A DNA stretch of 64,000 nt from a virus. The translations under genes and the position numbers were made by a program. The notes beneath the pieces were generated by a model, which was not told where the DNA came from, did no database searches, and worked only from the letters and a program-made list of their open reading frames with translations. The first letter of the stretch is position 1; every line of letters starts with the position of its first letter. The stretch spans positions 2,931-66,930 of the IMG/VR virus record IMGVR_UViG_3300027771_000013. One strand, written 5' to 3'. Shown in pieces: positions 29,535-40,730 of this stretch.

Positions 29535-31949
29535 TTACACGCTTAGTGATAAGTCTAATGACGCGTCTACGTAATTCTCAATCATGTGGTACGATATTGT
29601 TCCAATATTTCCAGCATGTATTGTTCTCCCATAAAACTCTGTTGGTGTTTCATTTGGGAGTGTTAACGGAACTGTCCCTATTAAACTATAAGTATCTAAA
29701 AGTTTCTGAGGTTCTAGCTCTGCCATCAAATCATCTAACGTATCTTGTTTTTCTTCGGCTAATAACTGAAAAGCATCCCGTTCTTTTAACAGATCAGTAA
29801 AGTCATCTTTTAAGACATAATTAGCGCCAGAAACCATATTGCTAGATAACATAAGCAAATATTTCGCTGCGGCCACATTTGCTTTAGTCACTTCGCCTAA
29901 CAGCTGAAATTGGCGAGTAACTAAAGCGACAATAGCAATAATCCAAGCAGCTTCTATACCGATTGCTTTAACAACAAAACGCGCTATATACCCTAAAAGA
30001 ATTTGCATTACTACAATTTTCACAATCAGAATTGCCACTGCTGCCCAGCCTGCAGCTACAGCAGCGACTATTTGTGGTTGCATAGTGATAACAGCAATGA
30101 CGATAGCAATAATTGTAATAATGGCTTTGAAGACACTTCGTTGATACCATTTTATTTTTTCAACAATATGTGCAGCTGTTATAATTTGATAAGAGCGAAA
30201 ATAAAGATGCTCTCTTTGAATCATATTGAAATTTTGTCTAACCAGCTCCATGTCCATAGGCGCAATCATTTTTGATAGATTGGCTTGTGTCCATTTGTTG
30301 TTGTAGGCTGAGTACGCCTGGTTAACGTTAATCAAGACCACTTCTTCATATAATGTAGGCGTAATTTGGTGCTGATAAAGAAAAGACGGCCTGTCCCCAG
30401 TCGGGTTTAATGCGTTAAGGTATGTTCTGCGAGTGCCTACATTACCAATGTAATCTCCACTGTTAAGAACAATTATGCGAGCGTACTCACCAACTTCACC
30501 TATTACTCCAGAGCGAGTTTCAAAATTAAGTGCCAACATGCGTAACTTGGTTTTAAAATCTGCGTCTGCCCACGTATGGTAAATTGTTGCGGCAAGAGGA
30601 AGACTGAACCACCTACCCGGTGGAGTAGGTACAAAAGGTAATTTAGCGTTAAACATTCGCTTAAAGTACAAAAACAAATATTTAAGTTCTTCTTGCTCCG
30701 TCGTGTCCATATTAGGAGCCATCATTAAAACAGCGTAGTCAATTTTATTTGCATCTGGGTTTGAATTTATTGCTGTCCCTAATGCGTCAAAAGTTGTGCC
30801 CAGTTTTTCAACTAATTTAACGCTAGTGTCGTATGCGGGTGTCCCCTCTAATGCTGGATTAGTTTGGTCAACACCATTTTTACGTATATGAACAATTGGG
30901 AAATACGTTGCAGTTGATGAGTAAAACGGTACGCTACTAGTGGCTAAAAACGGACGGGCTTCTTCTGTAATAGGTTCTAAACGTGCAGGAGGACTCCCTG
31001 CAAAATCAGGATAGTAAGTAATGTATTTAACTACTAAGACATTAGTATCTGGATGGTTATAACTATATTTAAACTGAATAGCGTCTTTACTGATAGTATC
31101 AAACTGCCCAGGCTCAGTAACCGGCACTGTATCGTACGCACTGACAGAGAAGTCCAAAATAATACTTTGTTCAAACCGTACATTACTTTCATCTATCCAA
31201 AAGTAATGTACTTCAGCACCGTCAACTTCATTAACTCCATCACGATATTCAACTTGTTCACCAACACTTAGGGCATTTATCGCCATTTGTTGAGCTAAAG
31301 TAAGACCACCCGCCGCAGTGGGAAGCGTATTGGCAAGAGGCGCATTTTTAGCAAACTTAGGTGGCTCATCTCTTTGAGTAGCCGCATCTTCAGGATCTAT
31401 ATTGTAAGTAGAAACTACTTTGTGTAAGTAGACCGGCTCACCATTAGTGCCGAGTAACGTCGGCAATAAATTAGTGTTTACATCATAATTTAACGTGTCA
31501 TACACATGCTGCCACACTAAATGGTCATGACTTAACGCACTAAAAAATGCGTACTCAATATCAAAAGCATTGTTTAAAATACCGTCTGCAGTTACGTAGA
31601 ATGCGTCTAACGTTTCTTGTGTGTAAGTAGGATGATCTTGTTGAATGAAGTACAAAGCAGCTTGAACATACTTTGCATTATAATCAATTGTATTAAGCGC
31701 ATACCCAGAATTCCAAGATTCAGGCAGACCCCAGTAATAGTTCCCATTCTTAGCATATGTATACCCTTGCTCAAACTGATACGAAGGGCCGTTGGCCATG
31801 CCAGTAATAAGATTTTCTGGGATGTCCTGATTAAAACGTATCGCTGTATATAACGATTTTTTTAATGTTTCGGGTAATTGGTTGTCGTCAAAAAACCTAT
31901 CAACTGTACTAAATAAATGTAATTTTTTCTTGCTGCCAAATGCACCCAC
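29535..31949 (-). CDS. virion structural protein, N4 gp53-like
   Basis: 'MG.F.SKKK' start, 'K.KWYQ..FK.I' followed by a hydrophobic stretch; synteny. Confidence 0.75.
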   Translation of the reverse strand: MGAFGSKKKLHLFSTVDRFFDDNQLPETLKKSLYTAIRFNQDIPENLITGMANGPSYQFEQGYTYAKNGNYYWGLPESWNSGYALNTIDYNAKYVQAALYFIQQDHPTYTQETLDAFYVTADGILNNAFDIEYAFFSALSHDHLVWQHVYDTLNYDVNTNLLPTLLGTNGEPVYLHKVVSTYNIDPEDAATQRDEPPKFAKNAPLANTLPTAAGGLTLAQQMAINALSVGEQVEYRDGVNEVDGAEVHYFWIDESNVRFEQSIILDFSVSAYDTVPVTEPGQFDTISKDAIQFKYSYNHPDTNVLVVKYITYYPDFAGSPPARLEPITEEARPFLATSSVPFYSSTATYFPIVHIRKNGVDQTNPALEGTPAYDTSVKLVEKLGTTFDALGTAINSNPDANKIDYAVLMMAPNMDTTEQEELKYLFLYFKRMFNAKLPFVPTPPGRWFSLPLAATIYHTWADADFKTKLRMLALNFETRSGVIGEVGEYARIIVLNSGDYIGNVGTRRTYLNALNPTGDRPSFLYQHQITPTLYEEVVLINVNQAYSAYNNKWTQANLSKMIAPMDMELVRQNFNMIQREHLYFRSYQIITAAHIVEKIKWYQRSVFKAIITIIAIVIAVITMQPQIVAAVAAGWAAVAILIVKIVVMQILLGYIARFVVKAIGIEAAWIIAIVALVTRQFQLLGEVTKANVAAAKYLLMLSSNMVSGANYVLKDDFTDLLKERDAFQLLAEEKQDTLDDLMAELEPQKLLDTYSLIGTVPLTLPNETPTEFYGRTIHAGNIGTISYHMIENYVDASLDLSLSV

Positions 31950-31961
31950 AGATATTTACCT

Positions 31962-33329
31962 TTAAACGCCGATACCTGTTTTGAGTTTTCCGATTACTGA
32001 ACCAACATCTGTGTCATCTAATTGATTATTTGCGTTAGCTTGTGTACCTTCGTCTGTTACACGTCGAGTATTCCAAGTATCTACTAGTATCTTCGCAGCT
32101 TTTTGTTCGGCGTCTCGTGCATACCCATTAGTTTGCGCAACATACAAAGCGTTTTGTTTTCCTAATACGCTGCTAGCACTAATATTTGTTCCCAGTGTTT
32201 GAGCTTGTTCTGTAGCTTTCTTCTGGCCCAGTAATGCAGTCTCCGCCATAATGCGCAGCTCTTGTTGCATTAACGTATCAAACTCTGCTTTAAGCTTACA
32301 AGCGGTAGACTCTGATACTGCTTCTTCAGCAATTGCGTTTAATATTCTTTGTGCAACTAACGAAGTCTCTTGGCTTATTTTCAGAGATTGCCCGTCTACC
32401 ATTAATTTATCAGCGTCTAGTTTTGCGACTTTGCTTGCTGATAACAAAATTTCTTTATGTGCAATATCTTTTTGATAGCCTATAGTTAATGATTCGTTAG
32501 CTAAGTTGTTAGTTATACGATCTTGAAGTATTTCAGCTTCTTTTAATAAGATGCTTGCTTCACCAGTCATTTTTTCTAACTGTTTCGGTAACATCTCTTC
32601 AACTTCAAACTCAATCTTAGTAACTTGCGCTTCTTGTATAGCCACTTCTGCAACTGCATTTTGAACGCCTTGTACAGCAATGTTCTTTTCAGCAGTTAAT
32701 TTAGCTACTTCTACAGGAATAACGTCTGTTGTTTCTAAAGTAACTTTCGCAGCTTGTGCTGTGCTTAACACAGTATCAGCGTCTACTTTTAGTTCTTGCG
32801 CCGCGACTAACGTAGCTTCAATAACTACTTTATCTTTTTGCGCATCGAGCATTGCGCCAGCTTTAGGCACGTTTAAAACTTCTGCTGTAGCCATAGCAAT
32901 CTGACTATCGACTAAATCTTCGTCTTTATTTAACTTACTGACTTGTGCAGTAACTAACCCTTCTTCAACGACTACCTTAGATGCTTGCGCATCAATTAAT
33001 GCGCCTTGTTTAGGTATGTTAAGTAACTCTGCTTGAACAACTGACACTTGCTCTTGTATTAATAATTCTTCTGTTATTGAATTAGTTCTTTTTTGGATTA
33101 CTAAAGCAATGTCTGCTTCAATCTTTTCACTTTGTAATACAAAACTAAGTGACTTTTCTAAGACTGCATTAATAGCGCCCAGATAGACCTGAGAATACTC
33201 AGGGCCTCGAATTCTATTTTTCGAGTACTCCTGATCAAGGTGCGAAGATACAGACCGCATTAATACGTCAAAGACTCCATTTCCGTCTTTTAATTGCGCG
33301 TCTGTTAAATCTTGTATCTGGATAGCCAT
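31962..33329 (-). CDS. virion structural protein, N4 gp54-like
   Basis: GNGVFDVLM...HL..EY...RI.G.EY; coiled-coil repeats; [13 protein letters not shown]. Confidence 0.8.
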   Translation of the reverse strand: MAIQIQDLTDAQLKDGNGVFDVLMRSVSSHLDQEYSKNRIRGPEYSQVYLGAINAVLEKSLSFVLQSEKIEADIALVIQKRTNSITEELLIQEQVSVVQAELLNIPKQGALIDAQASKVVVEEGLVTAQVSKLNKDEDLVDSQIAMATAEVLNVPKAGAMLDAQKDKVVIEATLVAAQELKVDADTVLSTAQAAKVTLETTDVIPVEVAKLTAEKNIAVQGVQNAVAEVAIQEAQVTKIEFEVEEMLPKQLEKMTGEASILLKEAEILQDRITNNLANESLTIGYQKDIAHKEILLSASKVAKLDADKLMVDGQSLKISQETSLVAQRILNAIAEEAVSESTACKLKAEFDTLMQQELRIMAETALLGQKKATEQAQTLGTNISASSVLGKQNALYVAQTNGYARDAEQKAAKILVDTWNTRRVTDEGTQANANNQLDDTDVGSVIGKLKTGIGV

Positions 33330-33356
33330 TAATGCCGCCTTAAAAAATCAATTGGT

Positions 33357-33926
33357 TTATACGTACTCAGTTGTTCCTGATGCCATTGCTTGGCGCTGTG
33401 CTAAATCATGCAATTCTTTCGCTGTTAAATCAGACAAAAATTCAATTGAAAACTCTTTTACAAGCTTTCCTTGACGAGTTCGTTGTCCACGACCATTTGT
33501 TTCTGTAGTGAACACTTGGCATTTACGCTCTTCAATGGCGTTTAATATAATCTGTGGTACATGCCACTCTTTGCCGTAAGGAACGTATTTTTTAACTTGC
33601 CCTAACAATGTATTACCTACTGAAAAGGTTTCACCTTGCCATTCACGTTTATTCGGATTCATACACGCTATACGTACACGTTGTAATTTGGATGCTGCTT
33701 TCTTAATCTTTTGTCGACGTTGTCCCGGTGTTAACGTTACAGTACTTTCATTAACAGGTTGGGCTACAACTTCTTTTACGTCTTTTGCTTCTAGTACTTC
33801 AGCAATCTTAGCGGCTAATTTTTCATGTCCAATAGCGGGATGATATTTAAGGCCAAGTACATCTGCTCGTGCTTTTAATACATCTAATTGACTTACTTCT
33901 TGCTCTTCATTACTTAGTTCGTTCAT
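33357..33926 (-). CDS. N4 gp55-like protein
   Basis: LKARA..LG..Y.P.IG; RVRIACMNPNK; synteny after the capsid gene. Confidence 0.8.
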   Translation of the reverse strand: MNELSNEEQEVSQLDVLKARADVLGLKYHPAIGHEKLAAKIAEVLEAKDVKEVVAQPVNESTVTLTPGQRRQKIKKAASKLQRVRIACMNPNKREWQGETFSVGNTLLGQVKKYVPYGKEWHVPQIILNAIEERKCQVFTTETNGRGQRTRQGKLVKEFSIEFLSDLTAKELHDLAQRQAMASGTTEYV

Positions 33927-33953
33927 TGCGGAACATCTCCGATAACAGAATTT

Positions 33954-33982
33954 AAAAAAACCTCCTCCCCGAAGGGAGAAGG
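33954..33982 (-). terminator. rho-independent terminator after the major capsid gene
   Basis: CCTTCTCCC-TTCG-GGGAGGAGG followed by a T-run on the minus strand. Confidence 0.85.
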
Positions 33983-33996
33983 CTTAAGGGTTTTAC

Positions 33997-35442
33997 TTAT
34001 ACTGTCGCTGCAGTTAAGATTTTTGCGATACGCTCAGGACGCTCTAACAAAAATCCGTAGTACCATTTAATTGACATAAAGCCAGTCTCGCCGTACGGAT
34101 CATTACGATCTGCAGTAGCTTCGCCTGGTTTTTTATGTGTGATTTTAAACTTGACAGTTTGGCCGTCAGTTTGAAATCCAATGGTTGAAAATGCTTCACT
34201 GCCTACACACAACATTGGGAAAACATCAATTTTTCCACCCGTTTCGTATGCAGTAGTTTGAGCGCCAGCATTAGCTCCACCAGCTGCGTAGCTCATCATT
34301 TCAGGAACAACAACAATGCGGAAGTTATCGATAGTACCGATTTCTCCATTTACAGTAGTGCCGCCGCCTGCGTAATGTTGCACAGGAATAAACGCTGCAT
34401 TGCCAAAGTTATCTTGCATTGCTTTCAACGTAGGAATTAACTCAGAACCTACGTATAAAACACGACAAGCAGCAACAGTTTTAGTGTCTACCATACGCGT
34501 ACCAGTAAACATTTTGGTTTGCTTAGGCGTACGGTTGTTGTCTAGCTCGATAGATAAACGAATTAAATCACCGTATGAAACAACGTCAGTAGAATCAACA
34601 GTAGCAGTACTAGTAGCATCACCGGCGTAACGAACAACACCTGCAGAGTTAAGAAGATCTATTTGTAACGTATCTTCAGTAGTCTCAGTTGCAGCGTTAA
34701 CCATTTCACGCGTAATGTGCATGAGTAAGTCTTCATCACTATCAAAGTCTAAAGACTCTTGAGTGTACTCATCGAAAAAGCCTTGCTTCTCGATAGAACC
34801 TTCAATATCAATACGCTTGTGACCAACACGGTTAACACGTCCACCATTTTCAGTAAGACTTGGTAACTTACCTGCAATAACACCTGGATCTTTAGAAGAA
34901 CCGTACAAGTTACCGCCTTGTGGTACAGCAGCGTTTTCAACTACAACAGTAACGGAACCGCTATCAACAGCAGTTTTCCAATCATTGTAGTTAGCTTCTG
35001 TAGCGCCAAGACCACCTACTGAAACAGGTGATTTAGCCCATTCATAAACAACAGCTTCTGCAGCAGTTAAAGCGTTACCTGCACTTGAACCATTACCTAC
35101 GAAATACGCAGTGTTAGCAGCGCTACCAGGCTCTGAACTAATTGAAGGACTAGTGACCGCAATAGTCACATCAAAACCAGCAGCAACAGCACCGGCAGCA
35201 TCAATACCTTGATCATTAATGTTTGCGTCATCAAGAATTGGTAAGTAATGGAACTTCTTGATTTTTTTACCCATGTTTTTAGGTAAGTTTACAGAATTCG
35301 ACAAAGGCATAAAATACTGCTCTTTGCGCGCTTCCATAAGCGCTTTTTTCTCGTACTTATCAGTACGAATTTGACTGCCTATACCTGACGCTACTGCGCC
35401 ACCGCCGCTTACATTAGCGGGATCGTTATATCCTTGTGCCAT
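33997..35442 (-). CDS. major capsid protein, N4 gp56-like
   Basis: [42 protein letters not shown] motifs. Confidence 0.95.
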   Translation of the reverse strand: MAQGYNDPANVSGGGAVASGIGSQIRTDKYEKKALMEARKEQYFMPLSNSVNLPKNMGKKIKKFHYLPILDDANINDQGIDAAGAVAAGFDVTIAVTSPSISSEPGSAANTAYFVGNGSSAGNALTAAEAVVYEWAKSPVSVGGLGATEANYNDWKTAVDSGSVTVVVENAAVPQGGNLYGSSKDPGVIAGKLPSLTENGGRVNRVGHKRIDIEGSIEKQGFFDEYTQESLDFDSDEDLLMHITREMVNAATETTEDTLQIDLLNSAGVVRYAGDATSTATVDSTDVVSYGDLIRLSIELDNNRTPKQTKMFTGTRMVDTKTVAACRVLYVGSELIPTLKAMQDNFGNAAFIPVQHYAGGGTTVNGEIGTIDNFRIVVVPEMMSYAAGGANAGAQTTAYETGGKIDVFPMLCVGSEAFSTIGFQTDGQTVKFKITHKKPGEATADRNDPYGETGFMSIKWYYGFLLERPERIAKILTAATV

Positions 35443-35457
35443 GATTAATCACCTATC

Positions 35458-36642
35458 TCATAAGAATTTTGCGTTGAATTGTTTTTCAAATTCATCGTCG
35501 GATAAAGCTAAATACGAATAGTCTTGTTTAGCTTTTGCTTTGGGAGCACCGGCCTTTGTCGGGCTAGCAGCTCGCTTCTTGTCTTTCAGGTTTACATCTT
35601 TAACAGCGGGTTTCGCTACAGAAAGGATTTTTTGCGCAGGAGTCGTTTTGGGTTCTACTTTAGCCTGGCTAAGGTTCAAGTGATCAAATCCGCCTTCTTT
35701 GTCAATTTTATCGCCTACTGAGTGATACGCTTCTATATCTGATAAACCTTCTAAGCGCCCAAACATCCGTTCTTTATCGACCTGCTGACTGATAGTGTCA
35801 TAAATGCCATTAGCGACTTGGTCATTGATGATTTTCAGCAGTTGGGGTGACTCTCGAACTTGCAGTTTGCTTTTGTTGTCCCATTTATCACCGACTATTT
35901 CTAACGTAGTAGAAAAAGTTGGTGTGTCTTGAATCACAGAAATAACTTCGTCAAAAGCCAGCTCTGCATCATCTACTGTGTGCTTACTTGGGGCGTAGTC
36001 AGCATCAGCATCTTGGTCTATATCTAAAGGATCGATGTTGCTGTCTTTTAACAGCTTTGCGATTGCCTTCGGGTTTTTCTGATCAATATCAATTAAGAAA
36101 TTGAGTTTATCTTCACTGAGGAGTTCGTTCTTTTCCAACAGCTTCATTAACTTAAGATTCGGTTTTAAAGCCGCCATCTTTTTATTGTAATTCGCACCCA
36201 TTTGCATGAGCTGTATAACGTCATCAGGATCTGTAACAGTCATTTCTTTGCCGTTAGCTTTAAACGGCGCTGTAACAGCAGTGAAAAAATCATCAGTATT
36301 ATGTGCAGCTTGAGTTTCTTTTTCTGCAGTTTCTTCTTCTAATGTTTCTTCAGGCAGTTCTTCTTTTAATGCATCTGAATCTTCAGTGACGTCATCTTCG
36401 CTATCGGCTTCGGCTTCGCCCGCCTCTGCGTCAGATACGTCCGGCTCATCTAGTGTATTTTCTTTTTCTTCTTCGCTTTCGACTTCTTCAGCTTCAGCTT
36501 CAGGACGAAAGTCGTCAAAAGATGTTGTGTCCGGCATATCGACTAAATTCATAGCCTCTTCGTCAGACATATTTAGATAATCGGTAATTTGCGCATCAAC
36601 AGACGGCTTTTCGCCATCAGTAGTTTCATTAGTATCCAACAT
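35458..36642 (-). CDS. N4 gp57-like protein (acidic; scaffold-like, often annotated tape measure)
   Basis: Acidic N-terminus, PFKANGKE, LMQMGANY.KKM. Confidence 0.85.
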   Translation of the reverse strand: MLDTNETTDGEKPSVDAQITDYLNMSDEEAMNLVDMPDTTSFDDFRPEAEAEEVESEEEKENTLDEPDVSDAEAGEAEADSEDDVTEDSDALKEELPEETLEEETAEKETQAAHNTDDFFTAVTAPFKANGKEMTVTDPDDVIQLMQMGANYNKKMAALKPNLKLMKLLEKNELLSEDKLNFLIDIDQKNPKAIAKLLKDSNIDPLDIDQDADADYAPSKHTVDDAELAFDEVISVIQDTPTFSTTLEIVGDKWDNKSKLQVRESPQLLKIINDQVANGIYDTISQQVDKERMFGRLEGLSDIEAYHSVGDKIDKEGGFDHLNLSQAKVEPKTTPAQKILSVAKPAVKDVNLKDKKRAASPTKAGAPKAKAKQDYSYLALSDDEFEKQFNAKFL

Positions 36643-36643
36643 C

Positions 36644-36985
36644 CTAGTTCAACGCCTCCGCATGCAGCTCTGCTAACGTATCTTCATCGTCAGTAACAGC
36701 TCTAACAGCCATTTCTGCGCGCATTTGTACAATACGAAAATAGCTAGATAACCCACTAATGGCTAACATCTGATTATCAATTTCTTTTTGTGCTTCATCA
36801 GATTGCTGCGTATGGTCACCTTTTAAATGCACAAGACGAATAGCCTCATCTTTAAAATAGCTATCAGCGATTAATTCTTGAAAATCTGCATTAGATTCTA
36901 AACGCTCTATGCACTTTCCTAATTTAATAAAAGCTTGTGCTTGTTGAATACTAAATTCAATTTCGTTAATTTGTTGTTGCGACAT
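36644..36985 (-). CDS. N4 gp58-like protein
   Basis: RL..N.DF..LI...YF..EA.RLV; synteny downstream of portal. Confidence 0.8.
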   Translation of the reverse strand: MSQQQINEIEFSIQQAQAFIKLGKCIERLESNADFQELIADSYFKDEAIRLVHLKGDHTQQSDEAQKEIDNQMLAISGLSSYFRIVQMRAEMAVRAVTDDEDTLAELHAEALN

Positions 36986-37025
36986 AAAATACCTTTTTTA
37001 TCATTGCTTGCTAGTTGATAAAAAC

Positions 37026-37053
37026 GTTATAACGTATGCTTTTTCTTTTTTCT
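37026..37053 (-). promoter_or_regulatory. candidate late promoter (AGAAAA-N16-TATAAC)
   Basis: Intergenic, upstream of the gp58-gp57-capsid genes; recurring motif. Confidence 0.5.
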
Positions 37054-37062
37054 GGCTTATTT

Positions 37063-39204
37063 TCATTTATCCGCTAAATATTTATCTAAAGCGGAGTTTT
37101 CCATATTCAAAACGTGCTCTTCGCGTTTAAGTTCAATATTTCCTTGCGATTGTGCTTTTTGTTTTTCTAAATCACGTTCTTGTTTTACGCCAGATTCTTG
37201 TTCAATAAAATCTAAGTTTTTCTGATCAGTATCACTTGTTAAGTTTTCTGCTTTAGTTGCATCTAGCATTCCACCCGCTTCACGCTCTTCAGCACGCGCG
37301 TATTCACTGGCTACTTGCGCTTTAAGTAATTCGACTTGTAACTGTTTTGCTTCTTGTTCTAACGGATCAGGTTCTGGCTGATAGTTTTCTAACTTTTCAG
37401 CTAAGTCGGGCATTTTGCGTAATCTAGCTATGTCAGAAAGCACCATTCGACGAATAACAGGATCCTCATTAGGTCCAACGGTCTGTAACATGAAAGACAG
37501 TTCTTGCGCTTTAGCATTGTCTTCTTCAGCTGTGCTAATAGATAAACTTAAGTCAATGTGGCCACCTAAATCGTCACGGCGTACAGGAACAAATTGTTCG
37601 TTAGTTACCCGCACAATTTCTTCTTCATCTAAGAATTCTGCGTTCATACTCATGATTTTTCGACCGCATTCCACTAACCCTTCAGCTAAGCGGCGTAAAA
37701 TGCCAGATTCTCGTTTAGATGCGGCGTCTAACACGCCATTTACACCCGTAGCAGTGTCACCTAACGATGAACCAGATAAACCGCTTTGAGAGAATGCTTG
37801 TACACCGGTTAATGACTCTGCTTCCATGTTTTGTAAATTCAACATGTACTGTGCAGACATAGGTATTTCAGGATACGTGTGCATGTGAAAAGCCTGGCGT
37901 GGATCGACGTTCGCATTGAACTCGTAATCTTGGCCACGCTGGAATTTTCGGTAATTAGAAGTATCTAAAGCATCTTTGCGAGTACCCATTTGGCCATTGG
38001 CCGAACGCGCCATAATATCAATCATGCCTCTAGTAACTGCGCCAGAGATTTTTTGGTTTTCTTCTAGTAGATGACCATCTGGTTCACCGTGCACTCTTCG
38101 ACGTACTGGTAAATACTGTACTTTGACAAACGGTAGTTTTTTATCAGGGAACGGGCTTTCTTCCATACGGATTAAAGTATTGCCTACCCAAGAAGATACA
38201 AAGGGGACTAACGGCTCGTCTTTACCGTTAATTGCCCAATATCCCCAGTATTCATACATGATTAGCTGTTTACGAGGGTCATCTAAGAACGTAAACGATG
38301 AGTCGTCTTCAACAGTATGATCGGGATGGCTTAACACTGAAGAGTCACTGATTTGAATCTGATCTAGGTTTTCGTATTTATTGTCTTTACGTAAATCCGC
38401 TAAGCATGTTTCTGAGCTGTATATAATAAACTTAGCGTTGTCTAGCTTACCTATACAGGTTGGATCAACAATAATATTGCGGTAATCACAAACATCTAAT
38501 GTAGGTTGATTAACAATTGTCTGCATCTCTGTGACTACTTCACCGCCTACAATAATAGGACGTAAAGGAACGCCTGCTTCCATAGACATAGCACAAGCTT
38601 GTTGTAATTCTTCAGGAACCTCTAGCGCATACGTAGACGGGTCTTGTTCTTTCATGACCTTCAGTTCTTGTATAACGCCTTCCATTTCTGGGTCTGGCTG
38701 AAATTCAATGACAGGAATGTTTTTTTCTACTTCTTCTTCTTCAAATTCCCAACCGACTCGAACAATAACAGTACCTTCGTCTACTGCTGTTCGTACATAC
38801 GAATCAATAAAATCCACTTTATCGATCTTTTGGTTAATTTGATGATTGAGTAACAGCTTATTCTGAATAGCAGCTTCTCTGTCTTCCCAGGTAACAGGCT
38901 TTGCGTCAAACAAATCGTAAGTATTAAGAAACGGCTCTGAAAGTGAGGCATAGCGCCATTCTGCTTGTTTACGAATTAACTGTGGTACGTGTTTTGAACG
39001 CCCTTCGCCTGAGTTGATCTTAGCTGTACCCGTTACGTTAAGGTTATCTAGCCATTTATCTACACGGGATATTTGATGTTTATGAGACACATCAGCATTG
39101 GTTAAATCTTGTTTTAAGTCTTGTAATGACGGCGGATTCTTCCAATCCGTCAATGACTTTGCTTCTGTATCCAAGGGTTGGTTATTATCAACAACTTGAT
39201 TCAT
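37063..39204 (-). CDS. portal protein, N4 gp59-like
   Basis: LTDWKNPPSL.DLK.D, LIRKQAEWRY..LSEPFL, TRGMID..ARSANGQ motifs. Confidence 0.95.
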   Translation of the reverse strand: MNQVVDNNQPLDTEAKSLTDWKNPPSLQDLKQDLTNADVSHKHQISRVDKWLDNLNVTGTAKINSGEGRSKHVPQLIRKQAEWRYASLSEPFLNTYDLFDAKPVTWEDREAAIQNKLLLNHQINQKIDKVDFIDSYVRTAVDEGTVIVRVGWEFEEEEVEKNIPVIEFQPDPEMEGVIQELKVMKEQDPSTYALEVPEELQQACAMSMEAGVPLRPIIVGGEVVTEMQTIVNQPTLDVCDYRNIIVDPTCIGKLDNAKFIIYSSETCLADLRKDNKYENLDQIQISDSSVLSHPDHTVEDDSSFTFLDDPRKQLIMYEYWGYWAINGKDEPLVPFVSSWVGNTLIRMEESPFPDKKLPFVKVQYLPVRRRVHGEPDGHLLEENQKISGAVTRGMIDIMARSANGQMGTRKDALDTSNYRKFQRGQDYEFNANVDPRQAFHMHTYPEIPMSAQYMLNLQNMEAESLTGVQAFSQSGLSGSSLGDTATGVNGVLDAASKRESGILRRLAEGLVECGRKIMSMNAEFLDEEEIVRVTNEQFVPVRRDDLGGHIDLSLSISTAEEDNAKAQELSFMLQTVGPNEDPVIRRMVLSDIARLRKMPDLAEKLENYQPEPDPLEQEAKQLQVELLKAQVASEYARAEEREAGGMLDATKAENLTSDTDQKNLDFIEQESGVKQERDLEKQKAQSQGNIELKREEHVLNMENSALDKYLADK

Positions 39205-39243
39205 GCTTTAAGGCTCTTTATAGTTTTAGTGTGCTCTTTAGAT

Positions 39244-39271
39244 ATAGTCGCAGAGTAAAAAAATTTATTCT
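39244..39271 (-). promoter_or_regulatory. candidate late promoter (AGAATA-N16-GACTAT) for portal
   Basis: Weaker match to the recurring motif. Confidence 0.35.
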
Positions 39272-39298
39272 GGTGAAATGTTAAGTACAAGACTTTGT

Positions 39299-39502
39299 TT
39301 ACTCATCTACTAACAAAGAAATTTTCAATCGTTCTAGCATTCCCACAATTTCATCGACAGTAAACAGCTCGCAATCAACTGCCGTATGTACTGCGTCAAA
39401 TAAGTGGAACTCAAACTTAACGTAATCTTGATTAGCTTCTTCGAGTATTTTTTGGTCAAGTTTTTCCTGCATTTTTTCAGCTAACTCAGCAATCTTATCC
39501 AC
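39299..39502 (-). CDS. hypothetical protein (~67 aa)
   Basis: GTG start with GGAGG RBS overlapping the end of the upstream gene. Confidence 0.55.
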   Translation of the reverse strand: MDKIAELAEKMQEKLDQKILEEANQDYVKFEFHLFDAVHTAVDCELFTVDEIVGMLERLKISLLVDE

Positions 39503-40688
39503 GATCAGCAGCCTCCATAGTTGGTGGTGTAACAGTGGCTCGACAAACTTCATCACCTGTTGCGTTATAAGTAATAACGTGTGCTGCGCGTCGCGCAACA
39601 TACCCACCTCTAGCTGCATACGCATCGCGTGAAGATAATGTTGGATGACGTTCAACAACTGCTCCACCAAACTCATCTTGAATTTTTTCTGCGTGATGGT
39701 AGTGCCCAGTATGGATATAACAGTTTTTAGCTCTGCCCCACATATCTCGATAACGAGGTTCTGATGAAAATAGCCCTGCTAATTTATTGTTTCCCATCTT
39801 GTGTCCGTGATGGAATCCGAGCATCGTACGACCATGCAAGTAGGCGTAGAAAGGAAACTCAGTGTCATCAACATCAAGGCGATCATTTTTTGCATAGATT
39901 TTCTTCATTGATTTACGTACCCAAACACTGGACGCTAAATCGTGGTTACCTTCACACACTAACAATCTCACTCGTTTGTGCTTAGTCAGTAATTTTTCGA
40001 TAGTCCACATGATTACATCGAGGCTTAGCTCAGCAAGTTTGCCAAAACGGGTATCGGCATCGAGTAAGTGGCGGTTCATAGGGGTAACAGCGTCTAACCC
40101 ATCCCAATGCAAGTAATCTCCTTGGATATTAAGAATGGCTAACTCACTGTCAGGTGTACCCAACATCATTTGCTCGATTGCGTGCAAAAACGTTGCTGAA
40201 GCTATTTCAGTATCCCATTCTTCCCCACACTCAGCAGACCAGGCATACATGCCTAAGTGGTAATCGGTTAATGTGTAGAGTGAAAGTAGCTCTTGCTTTA
40301 CTTTTTTAGGGGCTTTGACTTTTGGTGCGGGACGTACACTGAATGTCTCTAACACTTCACTTAATGCTTCAACACGTTGTGTATCAATGTCTGTTTTAAC
40401 CCATTGAATACCAATCGTGCCGTCTTCTTTGTAAAGTGTTGAAGTACCTTTAACGTAATGACTGTTTGGAGCAACATGATTCATGTCATTTTCAGGTGAG
40501 TAGCCTTTTCGTGCTGCATACGCACGCGCTGATTGCTCTGCCCTGTCAACATTACGCTGATTCATGTTGAGCTCTCGAGCGACCGCTGGTTTGTTACCAC
40601 ATTTAAGCATCGTTTCTAGGATGCGAATCCTACGTTGATGTACAACGGGATCAGCTAAATCAATAAGCTTTTGAATGTCATTACGCAA
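39495..40688 (-). CDS. calcineurin-like metallophosphoesterase with N-terminal HTH
   Basis: DxH (TDYHLG), GD, GNHD, HHGH, GHYH motifs; N-terminal 'VARELNMNQRNV' HTH. Confidence 0.8.
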   Translation of the reverse strand: MRNDIQKLIDLADPVVHQRRIRILETMLKCGNKPAVARELNMNQRNVDRAEQSARAYAARKGYSPENDMNHVAPNSHYVKGTSTLYKEDGTIGIQWVKTDIDTQRVEALSEVLETFSVRPAPKVKAPKKVKQELLSLYTLTDYHLGMYAWSAECGEEWDTEIASATFLHAIEQMMLGTPDSELAILNIQGDYLHWDGLDAVTPMNRHLLDADTRFGKLAELSLDVIMWTIEKLLTKHKRVRLLVCEGNHDLASSVWVRKSMKKIYAKNDRLDVDDTEFPFYAYLHGRTMLGFHHGHKMGNNKLAGLFSSEPRYRDMWGRAKNCYIHTGHYHHAEKIQDEFGGAVVERHPTLSSRDAYAARGGYVARRAAHVITYNATGDEVCRATVTPPTMEAADRG

Positions 40689-40730
40689 AATAAACTCCAG
40701 TGTTATTAGTATTGTTGATGTACTTAGGTG

